Below are positions 1-10,411 of a DNA stretch of 64,000 nt, in pieces. The stretch covers positions 384,001 to 448,000 of the forward strand of contig CAVURN010000005.1 in the NCBI GenBank assembly GCA_963743915.1. The letters run 5' to 3'. The stretch is from an uncultured Actinomycetota bacterium. Its GTDB lineage: Bacteria; Actinomycetota; Actinomycetes; JAHEKZ01. A program made the translations under genes and the position numbers. The notes beneath the pieces were generated by a model. The model made no database searches. It saw nothing but the letters and a program-made list of their open reading frames with translations, and was not told the origin of the DNA. The first letter of the stretch is position 1. The number at the start of each line of letters is the position of its first letter.

Positions 1-78
1 GGCCAGCAGCAGCGTGAGCATCAGGGCGCCGAGCGCCCAGTGCAGGTGTCGTGTCGCCGATCGTTCGGTGGTCTCCAT
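1..78 (-). CDS. MFS (DHA2-type) transporter, N-terminus only (runs off window)
   Basis: ATG at 78 reads METTERSATRHLHWALGALMLTLLLA, a typical first TM helix; lies directly downstream of the MarR gene. Confidence 0.5.
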   Translation of the reverse strand, partial: METTERSATRHLHWALGALMLTLLLA

Positions 79-86
79 CGCGGATG

Positions 87-512
87 TCACAGGGTCTCCA
101 TGCTGTCGGCGAGCTTTCGGGCCAGTCGGGTGAGGGTGGCGAGGTCGTCCGCGGTCCACTCCGAGACCGCCGCGCCCAGCCGGGCGAGCTTCTGCTGACG
201 CGCCTCGCGCACCAGGTTGCGACCGTCGCCGGTCACCTCGAGCCGGGTCGCGCGACCGTCATCGGGGTCTGGGGTCCGGACGAGGTAGCCGTCGGTCTCC
301 AGGCTGCGGAGGTGGCGGCTGACCGTCGACGGGATCCAGGCACGCGCGTTCGGCGAGCTCGCTCGCGCGCAGCGGTCCGATGGCGACGAGGTGCGCGAGC
401 AGGGCGATGACCGCGGTGTCGTGGGGGGACTCGCGACGCCTGCGGCGCGCCGTCATGACGATGTCCCGCAGGGCGTCGGCAGCTCGCCGAGCTCGGATTT
501 AGTTGCTTGCAT
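87..512 (-). CDS. MarR-family transcriptional regulator (frameshifted in this sequence)
   Basis: Joined frames give GPLRASELAERACLDP/STVSRHLRSLETDGYLVRTPDPDDGRATRLEVT, the MarR wHTH with its DxR motif. Confidence 0.8.
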
Positions 513-975
513 CACGCAACTATACATCCGTGCGCGCCACGGCGCTCGGTGCGGCCCGGCCAGCTCGCAACCGGCCAGCATGACAGCGGTCAGGTCATGG
601 GAAGCGGGCTGCCGAGCCGCGACTCCCACGATCGGCGCCCGCTCCCCCGCGGAGAACCATTCGAACTTCCCGACGGAGGTCAGGAAAGGACGATCGCCAA
701 GTGGCGACATCCTCAAGCGCGTCCTCGGGCTGGAAAGATCCCGGACCACCGTCGATCAAGCAGGGTGAGGCATACACCTGCTCGGGGTCGACGCTCGCTC
801 CGTTCCACAACGACAGCATCCGGCTCGGGACTGCAGGAAGCTGTGCATCGGACCGTCGTGTCGTCATGGCAGCCACGGTAGAGCGGCATGTGAGCAAGTC
901 CGGGACAATGGCCTCTGGCTGTTGCCGGGTGACGGTGTTGCGATCGGATCAGGACAAACGTTCCAGGAGGTGGGT

Positions 976-1485
976 ATGAGCGCCCTCTGGCAGGGCCTGT
1001 GGGTGGCATGCGGCGTCCTGACGCTGGTCGCCGGCGTTCTCGCAGGTAGTAGCGCTCGCGCACGGTTGATGGGTCGCATCGCCGTGGGGGTTCTGTTCGT
1101 CATCGGCGGCGTGCTTCTCCACGTCGTCAACCTGGTCACCGACGTCGACTACGCCGACTTCGCCGACCCTGCACACTTCGCCTGGGTCACCGATTCTTGG
1201 CGTGCCCTAGTCGCCCCAAACCAGGTCCTCTACATCGGCCTGCTGATCGTGTTCGAGGCGACCGTTGGTGTGCTGGTCCTCAGTGGCGGACGGAAGACTC
1301 AGATCGGGTACATAGGGGTGATCGGGTTCTATCTCGCGCTCTGGATATTCGGGTGGTTCGAGACCGTCTGGGTACTTCTCATGCTTCCACCGATGATTCT
1401 GCTTCTACGCGGAGAGCGGCGCGTCACAGCGAGCGCTCTCCCCACTGACGAAATCGAGCGCGTCCCTCAATCCCTTCGGGCGTGA
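976..1485 (+). CDS. Multi-pass membrane protein, unknown function
   Basis: AGGAGG RBS before ATG 976; 4-5 hydrophobic segments. Confidence 0.7.
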   Translation: MSALWQGLWVACGVLTLVAGVLAGSSARARLMGRIAVGVLFVIGGVLLHVVNLVTDVDYADFADPAHFAWVTDSWRALVAPNQVLYIGLLIVFEATVGVLVLSGGRKTQIGYIGVIGFYLALWIFGWFETVWVLLMLPPMILLLRGERRVTASALPTDEIERVPQSLRA

Positions 1486-1503
1486 TGATCCTGCCGAGCA
1501 GGT

Positions 1504-2313
1504 TCAGGCCTCGAAGCGGCGGTAGCGTGCCTCCGCGCAGGAGTACACACCGAAGGCCATCAGGCCGATGGCGACAATCGCCAGCAGGATCGAGCCCGCC
1601 GGAGCCTGTGCCACCTCCTGAAGGGCCTCGTCGATCCCCGACGTCCTCTTGGGCGCGAAGGTGATGGCGGCATACACGACCAAGGATCCCGAAGAGGGTG
1701 AACACCGACTCCTCGCGCCAGGTAGCCGACACGTCCCAACGTCCGGACGACCGGTAGGCCTGCTCACTCATCTGATCGGTGCGCAGCTTCTTCTCGAAGT
1801 CAGTGGTCCAGCCCTTTCCACGCGAGGACCAGACCTGTGACGACGATCGCTACGCCCACCACGCCGACGAGCAGCCGTCCCATGTCGTTCTTCATGATCT
1901 CTGCGGTGCTGGGTCCGCCGCTGCTTCCCGCATGCATGGCGATGCTCGCCGCGGTCCATGCGAGCGCCACGTAGATTGCTGTCTTGACAAGGTAGAGGAC
2001 CCTCTTGCCCCACGCCTTGGCAGTGTCGGCGTCATGGACGCTGAGGGCTCCGATGAGCTGCCAGAGGGCATACCCCAAGAGGCCAGCGGCGATCACCCAG
2101 AGCAGCACCTCACCGAAGGGCTGTGAGGCGACCGTGTGAAACGCCCCCTTCTGGCTGGCGGAGCTTGACGCGTCCCCGAAGGCCATCTGGAGCGCGATGA
2201 CTCCGATCAGGAAGTACGTCACGCCACGAGCGATCAGACCAAGTCGGCCCAGTCGTTCGACCCAGGGTGAGACGTCAGCCTTGGCAGGTCGCGACGTGTG
2301 TGGAGACGGTCAT
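1504..2313 (-). CDS. DUF1206-family membrane protein (frameshifted)
   Basis: Repeated units RLGLIARGVTYFLIG...QPFGEVLLWVIAAGLLGYALWQL and GIDEALQEVAQAPAGSILLAIVAIGLMAFGVYSCAEARYRR; RBS upstream of 2313. Confidence 0.75.
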
Positions 2314-2819
2314 GAGTTCCTCCTGTGAAGTCAAGGAGGGCGTACCCATGGCTGCGCGGGTGGAAACCCCCGTCCCGCGGCGTCGCTGTGTGTTCGGCTC
2401 TCTTGCGTCCTCAGGCGTCCACCCCAGCGGCCCGATCGGCCCTTTGGCTGGGATGATGTGACGTCCGGCCCTCGTAGGACGTGCGGAGAACCTCCGGCAC
2501 CGCCGGTGACCTGCGGCTTCATGGGAGGCACCAGTGCGGCGTGGACCGCTGAAGTGGGAGAGAGGGCCGACACCACCGGTGGCAACGGACCCGCCAAATC
2601 CACCATCACCAACGGCGTGAACGAGGTCGGGCCGGAGAAGGTGTGCCCGCTGATCGGCAACTTGTCGCCTACCTGCAAACAGCTAACCCTTTTTGGCATC
2701 AAGGCGCAGGTTGGATTGGATGATTGTTCCTACATTGGGGGTGTGCATGCCGACCCGTGTGAGCGCCGGTTCGACTTACGTGTTTCCGACCCGCCGCCAC
2801 GCTGGCTAGGAACGAGCCA

Positions 2820-4263
2820 ATGACCCACACATGGACTACGCCGCAACTCAAAAAGCTCGACGCGCCAGATACGGTGACTCGGTCTTACTGGTTGCGCGAC
2901 TTACAGGCAACAAAGTCGCCGGGACCTGGTCATCAGCCCCTTCTCTCATCGGTGCAGGCCGACATCTGCATAGTTGGTGGCGGGTTCACAGGGCTGTGGA
3001 CGGCCATCGAGCTCAAGCAACGGCAGCCGAGTATCAATGTTGTCCTGCTGGAGGGCAGCCTGTGTGGCGCCGGAGCCAGTGGCACCAACGCCGGGATACT
3101 AATGAACCTATGGCCAAAGCTCCCGGCCCTCGTGCGGTTTGGCGGGCAGAGCGAAGGCCCCGAGATCGCGCGAGCCTCGGTCGACGCCATCGATCACATC
3201 AAGCGGTTCTGCGTCGATCACGAGATCGACGCCCAGATGGAGTCGAACGGCTGGCTGTGGGCGTCGAACAACAGCAGTCAGGATGGCGCGTGGGAGGACA
3301 CCATGGCTGCCGCTGCCCTCCATCACGGCTCTCCCTTCGTCGAGGTCGACGCTGACACTGCGACCCGGCTGGCGGGTGCCCCGGTACGCGGCGGCCTCGT
3401 AGACCCCACCTGTGTTGGCCTCCACCCCGTCCGCTTGGTCGACGGGCTCCTGGCAGTTGCCGCGCGCCCTAGGTGTCACGGTGTACGAGCACAGCCCGAT
3501 GACGGGGATGGCGTCGAGATCACGGAGTGACGACCGTCTTCAGCCGCTATGGCAGAGTTCGCGCCGAGTCGGTGGTGTTGGCGATCAACGCATGGTGCAC
3601 CAGTTCCCTGCAGTTGAGATCGCACCTGGTGATGACGGCATCCGACAATGTCGTGGTCCGACCGCGGGCAGCCGCCGTCAAGTGCACCACTCACCAACGT
3701 GTCCGACGCTGGCCGCCTGCTCGACTACTGGCGACCCGTTGGCGGATGGGAAACTTCTCTTCGGCAAGGCAGGCCTCGGGCTCGGCTGGGGTTCGCGCGG
3801 GGCGAGCACGCTGTTTAGCACAGCCCCCCACGCCTGGGACGCCTGCTGTGCAGCAGATTGCAGCGGACACGTTCCCGATGCTGCCGATGCCGAGGTGCGT
3901 GTCGTCCTGGCGAGCTCCAGTCGAGTACTCGCTCTCCTCGCTGCCGTTCTTCGGCGAGCTCTCCGGACATCCCAGGTGTCTTCTTCGGCACTGGCTATTC
4001 CGGCGACGGAATCGGCCCGTCGGTGCTCGGTGCGCGCATCCTCGCGAGTCTGGCAACCGGCGCCAAGGATGGTCTCTCTACTTCCTTCCTGACCCGTCCA
4101 CCGTCACGAAGCTGGCTGCCGCCGGAGCCCATTCGATTCCTCGGCGGGCAGCTAGTCAAGTCGGCGATGCTCAGGCAAGGATCGCAAGCAGGACGAGGAG
4201 CGGCGGGTCGGCGTGGCCACCGGTCTTCTGAGCCGCATGGATCCGACCACGTTCGTCGGGTGA
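2820..4263 (+). CDS. FAD-dependent oxidoreductase, DAO/PuuB-like family (several frameshifts)
   Basis: SYW...ADICIVGGGFTGLWTA, GAGASGTNAG, C-terminal GYSGDGIGPSVLGARILASLA; end coordinate approximate. Confidence 0.75.
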
Positions 4264-4284
4264 CCACCAGGGGAGGAGAACTCA

Positions 4285-5442
4285 GTGCGGGAGATCTTGG
4301 ATGAACTGACCGACGTGGTGGGAGACGGAGTGAGACAGTCGGGTTGGCCACCGTCATTAACACGTCGAGGTCTGCCCCGCGCGATCCGGGCGCGTCCATG
4401 GTCGTCGGGCCCAGAAGGGACTGTGCACGGATCGGTTTCCGGAGGGTGCGTGGAAGGGGCCGTCTACGAACTCGCCCAGGAGGTCATGGCGGACGGCGCG
4501 CCCGTTCTCGAGCACTACGGCTTCTCCGATACAGACGCATTCGCGGTGGGTCTTACCTGTGGAGGTGAACTCGACGTCTTTGTCGAGCGCGTGAACCGAG
4601 CCACCTTCCCAGAATTGAGTAGCGTTGCCGACGATATCCGCAGTGGTCGGTACGTGGCGCTGGCGACGCTGGTTGACCATCCAGATCCCGCCTGGCGCGG
4701 TCGGCATCTTGCGTGCTCCACCCAACGAGAGTCCGGGGCTGCGACCACGGGGACTCTGGGAAGCGATCGGGCAGATGCCGCGGTCTCCGACGACGCCCTC
4801 GGCCTGCTCGCGGCCGGCCACCACGGCCTGCTGAGTTACGGACCTGACGGCCAACGGCTCGGCGAAGGCATGCGGGTGTTCGTTCAGTCCTTCGCACCAC
4901 CACCTCGGATGCTCGTGTTCGGCGCTATCGACTTCGCGTCTGCGGTTGCAGCAGCAGGCTCGTTCCTCGGCTACCAGGTCACTGTGTGCGACGCGCGAGC
5001 CGTCTTCGCTACGACAGCTCGGTTCCCGCGACGCAGACGAGGTGGTGGTCGACTGGCCACATCGATACCTCGCTGAGGAGCAGCCGGAGGGTCGGATCGA
5101 CGAACGCACGGTGATCGCCGTACTGACCCACGATCCGAAGTTCGATGTGCCGCTGCTGCAGGTGGCCCTCAGCCTGCCCGCCGCCTACATCGGCGTGATG
5201 GGATCGCGTCGCACGCACGAGGATCGGCTCGATCGACTGCGTAGGGCGGGTGTCGACGAGGACGCAGCTTGAACCGTCTGTCGAGCCCTATCGGCCTCGA
5301 CCTCGGGGCTCGCACTCCGGAGGAAACCGCCGTCAGCATCGCAGCCGACATCATCGCGTCCAAGTGGGGCGGGACTGGACTTCCACTACGTGCGACCACG
5401 GGCGCGATTCACCACACCGCATGTCGGTCGTCGCGAGGATGA
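4285..5442 (+). CDS. XdhC/CoxF-family molybdenum cofactor insertion chaperone (frameshifted)
   Basis: GSVSGGCVEGAV, AVGLTCGG, THDPKFD, YIGVMGSRRTH, SPIGLDLGARTPEETAVSI. Confidence 0.9.
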
Positions 5443-6328
5443 CCGCCGCCCAGATCCACACAGTCGACGACGTCGCCAACCGTCTAGCAGCAACCGGGTA
5501 CCTATGCGACCGTGAACTGGCTACCGTGGTGTTTCTCGCATTGCGTCTTGACCGACCAGTGCTGCTCGAGGGTGAGCCGGGCACAGGCAAGACCGCTCTG
5601 GCGGAAGCACTGGCCGAGTCGCTGGAGCTGCCTCTGCGTCCGGCTGCAATGCTACGAAGGAATCGACTGCCACTCAGGCGCTCTACGACTGGGACTTTCC
5701 TCGGCAGATCCTTCACCTCCGTACGCTGGAGGCCATTGGTGGCGCCGCCGGAACATCGGTGGAGGAAGCCGAACAGAGTCTGTTCGACGAGCGGTTTCTG
5801 ATTCTGCGGCCCGTTCTGGCGGCGCTGAAGGAGGCGCCGAATGTGCTGCTGGTCGATGAAGTCGACCGAGCCGATGATGAGTTCGAGGCCTTCTTGCTCG
5901 AGGTCCTCTCGACCTATCAGGTGACGATCCCCGAGCTTGGCACAGTGCGAGCAACTGTGCCCCCACTGGTTGTGCTGACCTCGAACCGGACCCGCGAGCT
6001 GCATGATGCCTTGAAGCGCCGCTGTCTCTACCATTGGATCGACCATCCGACGCTCGACCGCGAGTTGATGATCGTGCGGTCACGCGCGCCGGAGGCTTCC
6101 GGGTCCCTGGCCAGGAGGGTTGTGGAAGTAGTGCAAGCCATTCGGACCGACCACTCACTCTTGAAGCCCCCTGGGGTAGCCGAGACCTTGGACTGGACGC
6201 GCGCGCTTCACTGCCTGGGCGCGACCGAACTCGACCTGGGCACCGCGATCGCGACTCTTGGAGCGTTGGTCAAGTACCGCGAGGACGGTGAGATCGTCCG
6301 CCGGGCCCTCCACCAGATCGACATCTGA
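5439..6328 (+). CDS. coxD: CoxD-like MoxR AAA+ ATPase (frameshifted copy)
   Basis: LLEGEPGTGKT, RLQCYEG, LLVDEVDRADDEFEAFLLE, TSNRTRELHDALKRRC. Confidence 0.85.
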
Positions 6329-6525
6329 CAGATTCGCCAAACGCGCGGCCATGACCCTCCCGATGTGGCAGCTCAGCAGTCGTTCTGTCCCCATCTGCAG
6401 TGTCAGGCCCGGCACCCTGCTGTATCGCACAATCTCATCGCTCCCGAGGTACGGCATCGTTGCAGTTGCTCCATCACTCGCCGCCCAAGAACTGACGGTC
6501 AGTGCATCTGACGACAGGACGTTCC

Positions 6526-7584
6526 ATGAACCGAATCTTGGTAATCGGCGCCAGCGGGAAGACCGGGCGACACGTCGTCGCTGGACTCGAGTCCCGTGGG
6601 GCTTCGGTTCTGGCGGCCTCAAGGACGCCAGAAGAACTCGATGTCGGGGCTGTGGCCGCGATCCGGTTCGATTGGCACGACGAGTCGTCATGGGGCAACG
6701 CCCTCAAGGGCGTTGACAGTGTCTACCTCGTGAAGCCCAGTTCCGCAGATGTCGTTCACATAGTCGACGACTTCCTCAACGCGATGAAGGCGGCTGGAGC
6801 ACGTCGCGTCGTTCTCCTCTCCGAGTGCGCGGCGCAATATCGTCCGGACGAAGTTCCCGAAAGGTGGGTAGAGCTGAAGGTCGAGCGCAGTGGCCTCGAG
6901 TGGATGATCCTTCGGCCGAGCTGGTTCATGCAAGACCTCGTCGACGAGGACTTCTTTGGCTCGATGGTTCGTGAGGGTCGCATCATCGTGATGACAACCG
7001 GTGATGCGCCAATCGCGTGGATCGACGCTCGCGACATCGCAGATGTCGCCGTCGAGGTGCTCATCAACGGCTCGTCTTCAGGCGCCAACCAGACGCTTGA
7101 ACTCACTGGTCCTGAATCCCTCACACTCCACCAACTCGCAGACCGCATCGCAGCGGTCGCTGGCGTTCCAATTGATGGCATCGAAGAGAGCATCACCGAG
7201 GCCGAGAGTCGTATGCGTGCAGAGGGTCTCGATGAGGACCATGTCGGCTACATGACACGCATAGCCAAAAGCATCATGGAGGGGCATACAGCGACCGTCA
7301 CGGGGGACGTCGAGCGGGTAACCGGGCACTCACCACGCGGGTTAGAGGCGTTCCTGATCCAGCATGAACTACGCCTGCGAGGCGATGGAGCCGCGCCGGA
7401 CGCGGAGCATGAGTTCCAGCGCGCACGTGAGAATGAGGCGCTCTTTCGTCGTCTGATCCTTGCTTGGGCGAACAACGAGCTCGACGAGTTGATGGATTGT
7501 TTCGCGGACGATCTTGTGTATGTGGACATGCCATTTCCTGACCATCCGGTGCGGGGAAAGGCTGCCTTCCGCGAGGGCACGTGA
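6526..7584 (+). CDS. NmrA-like NAD(P)-binding protein with a partial C-terminal SnoaL/NTF2-like domain
   Basis: VIGASGKTG, ILRPSWFMQ, WIDARDIADVA, ELTGPESLT; tail LILAWANNELDELMDCFADDLVYVDMP...VRGKAAFR. Confidence 0.8.
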   Translation: MNRILVIGASGKTGRHVVAGLESRGASVLAASRTPEELDVGAVAAIRFDWHDESSWGNALKGVDSVYLVKPSSADVVHIVDDFLNAMKAAGARRVVLLSECAAQYRPDEVPERWVELKVERSGLEWMILRPSWFMQDLVDEDFFGSMVREGRIIVMTTGDAPIAWIDARDIADVAVEVLINGSSSGANQTLELTGPESLTLHQLADRIAAVAGVPIDGIEESITEAESRMRAEGLDEDHVGYMTRIAKSIMEGHTATVTGDVERVTGHSPRGLEAFLIQHELRLRGDGAAPDAEHEFQRARENEALFRRLILAWANNELDELMDCFADDLVYVDMPFPDHPVRGKAAFREGT

Positions 7585-7686
7585 GGGCCTATGAACGCCG
7601 GGACTCTTTGTCGGTGGCCAGGTCAGTTCGACAAGGCTGTCGGCAGCAAGCCGGCACGTGATGTGAATATGTCGATGCGTGGCGGC

Positions 7687-8199
7687 CTAGGTCTCTGAGT
7701 GTTCGGCTTGAAGCTCTGCAACTCCAGCCTCTGCCCGGGTTGCGGCAGCGTCTAGGGCGCTTTGAACCGCTTCGACGATCTGCTGGTATCCCGTACACCG
7801 GCACAGGTTGCCGGAAATCGTCTCGCGAATCTCGTCGTTGGTCAGCCGGCGTGCCTCGTTGTACACCGGGAGCAAAGTCATGAGCAGTCCCGGAGTGCAG
7901 AAGCCGCACTGAAGTCCGTGGCATGCGGAAAACGCCTCTTGAAGACCGTGCAGAGTCGAGTCGGATGCGAGCGCTTCGACGGTGGTCACGCTCCGTTGAT
8001 CACCCTGAACAGCAAGCATGGTGCATGAGCGGACCGGCACGTCGTCAACCAGGACGGTGCAACTGCCACAGACCCCGTGCTCACAACCGACGTGGGTTCC
8101 CGTCAGACCCAGTTCGTGGCGCAAGAAGTCGGAGAGGAGCAATCGGGGTTCGACATCACGCACGTGGAGGTCGCCATTCACGGCGATTTCGATTCTCAC
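7687..8199 (-). CDS. kdhS: [2Fe-2S] small subunit, 6-hydroxypseudooxynicotine (ketone) dehydrogenase KdhS/KdhB-like
   Basis: GCEHGVCGSCTV, QCGFCTPG, GNLCRCTGYQQIVEA; context with kdhM and kdhL. Confidence 0.8.
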   Translation of the reverse strand: MRIEIAVNGDLHVRDVEPRLLLSDFLRHELGLTGTHVGCEHGVCGSCTVLVDDVPVRSCTMLAVQGDQRSVTTVEALASDSTLHGLQEAFSACHGLQCGFCTPGLLMTLLPVYNEARRLTNDEIRETISGNLCRCTGYQQIVEAVQSALDAAATRAEAGVAELQAEHSET

Positions 8200-9083
8200 G
8201 CCGATCTCCTCGTAAAACTGTCGTCTTCCAAATCAAATGTTTGGCGAAGGGCACGACGCAATTGATCTGTAAGGACAGCCCGTCGATACTCGCTCGTGCC
8301 ATGCACGTTGCTCTCCGGTGTAAGCACGGCGGCCACTCGGGTTGCAGCTCTCTCGACCGCAACCTCGTCGACCTGGCGATTGATCAGCTCCTCGTCCAGC
8401 CCCGTGGCCAGCGTTGGGCCTGCGCCCGCCGCAATGAGACCCGCGGCCACGGAGGTGCACCGACCCTGAGGGTCCACACGCGCACAGACTGCGGCGCCGC
8501 CGATGGCGTAGTCGCCCTTCCGTCGCGCGTACTCTGAGAAACCCCAGCGGCTCTGGTTATCGGCCGCCGGGATCTCGACACGAACGACGAGCTCTCCATG
8601 CTGAAGCGCAGTCTGAAAGTGGGTCCCAAAGAAGTCGCGACTGGTGATCCGACGCTCTCCCGCGCTGGACAGCGTCACAATGGTGCCGCCGGTGGCAAGA
8701 AGCGCTGCTGGGAACTCGGCCGCGCTGTCGCTGTGGGCGACCGCGCCGCCGAAGGTTCCAGAGTTTCGGATCTGCGGGTGGGCCACCCACGCCGCCGCCG
8801 CCGAGAGCAGAGGCGCTGCTTCGCGGACTACCGGACTCCGTTCGACCTCCTCGTGCCGGACAAGCGCGCCAATTGCAAGCGTATCTCCGGCTTGGTGCAC
8901 TTCCCGCAATTCAGGAATGCGCGAGATATCCACGAGCAGGGTAGGGCTCGAAAGCCTCAGGCTCAACAGCGGTATAAGGCTTTGTCCTCCCGCCAGAACC
9001 TTGGCGTCCTCATCGGCATCAAGGAGTTCACAGGCGTGGTCAACAGAGCCTGCGACAACGTACTCGAACGGCGGCGGCTTCAC
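8196..9083 (-). CDS. kdhM: FAD medium subunit, KdhM/KdhA-like
   Basis: KPPPFEYVVAGSV, AGGQSL, AWVAHPQIRN, RRKGDYAIGGAA; resembles Arthrobacter KdhA as recalled. Confidence 0.8.
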   Translation of the reverse strand: MKPPPFEYVVAGSVDHACELLDADEDAKVLAGGQSLIPLLSLRLSSPTLLVDISRIPELREVHQAGDTLAIGALVRHEEVERSPVVREAAPLLSAAAAWVAHPQIRNSGTFGGAVAHSDSAAEFPAALLATGGTIVTLSSAGERRITSRDFFGTHFQTALQHGELVVRVEIPAADNQSRWGFSEYARRKGDYAIGGAAVCARVDPQGRCTSVAAGLIAAGAGPTLATGLDEELINRQVDEVAVERAATRVAAVLTPESNVHGTSEYRRAVLTDQLRRALRQTFDLEDDSFTRRSA

Positions 9084-9331
9084 AGGACCACCAAACACAT
9101 GTGTCTCCGACTGCGGCTCGTGATCTCAACTGTGATATACACCATGTGATCCTTCAGTCGGTTGTCGCTGCGTCGAGTCATTCTGCTGGGATGCATGCGG
9201 GCTAGTACGAAGTCCGGCAAAGTCCACCGCTCCTTCCTCGCCTATCGACAACTGGCCGGAACGCTGGTTGTCGGAGCTGAAAGCGACCGGGTCCGCTGAG
9301 GCCGGCCGCCGACCATTCAGTTGTGAAAGCC

Positions 9332-10411
9332 TCAGGTCGTGCGGCGGCGATACAATGCCGTCGCTAGGGCAACGCCCGAGATAAGCGCGAACCCATTCAC
9401 CCAGTCCGTGACGTAGGGGTCAACACCGGCGAGGCTCAGTCCGTTGTTCAGGACCGCAAGGAAATAGACGGCGATGATTGTGCCCCAGACATTGAAGCGA
9501 CCCGGGCGAACTGCCGCAGCGCTGAGAAAGGCTGCCGCAAATGCGGGCAGCAAGAACGTTGCGCCCACATTGGGTGACGCACCACCTGCGCGACTCAGGT
9601 AGAGAAATCCACCGACCCCGCAGAGCAACCCCCCCGCGACGAACATTGCGGCCTTCAGGCGGTCGGTGCGTAGTCCCACAAGTCGGGCTGCCTCGAGGTT
9701 CGAGCCCACTGCATAGATCTGGCGCCCTACGGAAGTGTGCGAGAGCACGAAGTACGTGATCGCCGCTATGACCAGCAGGGTAATAAAAATCGCCGGGATA
9801 CCTGCTACCAGCCCCGTTCCGAAACTCGTCATTGATGCGGGGATATCGCTAGAAGGGGCAAGCCCGCCGGTCTGCTGGAGGATGACACCGGCAAGGATCG
9901 TCATCGTCCCGAGCGTGGCTATGACACCGTTGACATGCAACCGGGTCACGATGAGAGCGTTCACCCCACCAACTCCAGCGCCAATCAAGACTGCTAATGC
10001 GACAGCCAGCAGTACATTGCCGCCACCCGAAACGAAATCAGCGACCAGGATTGCCGAAAGCGCGGCGTTGTTACCCACAGAAAGATCAAACTCCTGACCC
10101 AGCAGCGGCAGGAGCAGCCCCAGCGAGATCACTCCGATCACTGCCTGGCTGGCGAGAAGGATCCGAAGGTTCGCGGCGGTTGGGAAGGTTGATGATGTCT
10201 CCGGCCAGAAGGCGAAGAACAACGCGATCAGGACGAGGATAAGGAGCATCGCATAGGACTCCAGGAAGCTGACCGTACGTCCCTTCAGCGTCCGGTGGCG
10301 ATCCGGTTCACGTTGCGCATTCGTGTCGGGACCTTGGGCCTCCGGCGTCGGAGTGGAACTGGCACCGCCGGAACGGGCCACACGCTCGACAGATTCTGCG
10401 GGGTTACTCAT
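9332..10411 (-). CDS. Sugar-type (RbsC-like) ABC transporter permease
   Basis: FDLSVG, GRQIYAVGSNLEAARLVG (EAA loop), many TM segments. Confidence 0.9.
   Translation of the reverse strand: MSNPAESVERVARSGGASSTPTPEAQGPDTNAQREPDRHRTLKGRTVSFLESYAMLLILVLIALFFAFWPETSSTFPTAANLRILLASQAVIGVISLGLLLPLLGQEFDLSVGNNAALSAILVADFVSGGGNVLLAVALAVLIGAGVGGVNALIVTRLHVNGVIATLGTMTILAGVILQQTGGLAPSSDIPASMTSFGTGLVAGIPAIFITLLVIAAITYFVLSHTSVGRQIYAVGSNLEAARLVGLRTDRLKAAMFVAGGLLCGVGGFLYLSRAGGASPNVGATFLLPAFAAAFLSAAAVRPGRFNVWGTIIAVYFLAVLNNGLSLAGVDPYVTDWVNGFALISGVALATALYRRRTT

Noticed and set aside
2331-2823. Short ORFs at the left border of the block
   Set aside because: No recognisable motif, RBS or att-like repeat
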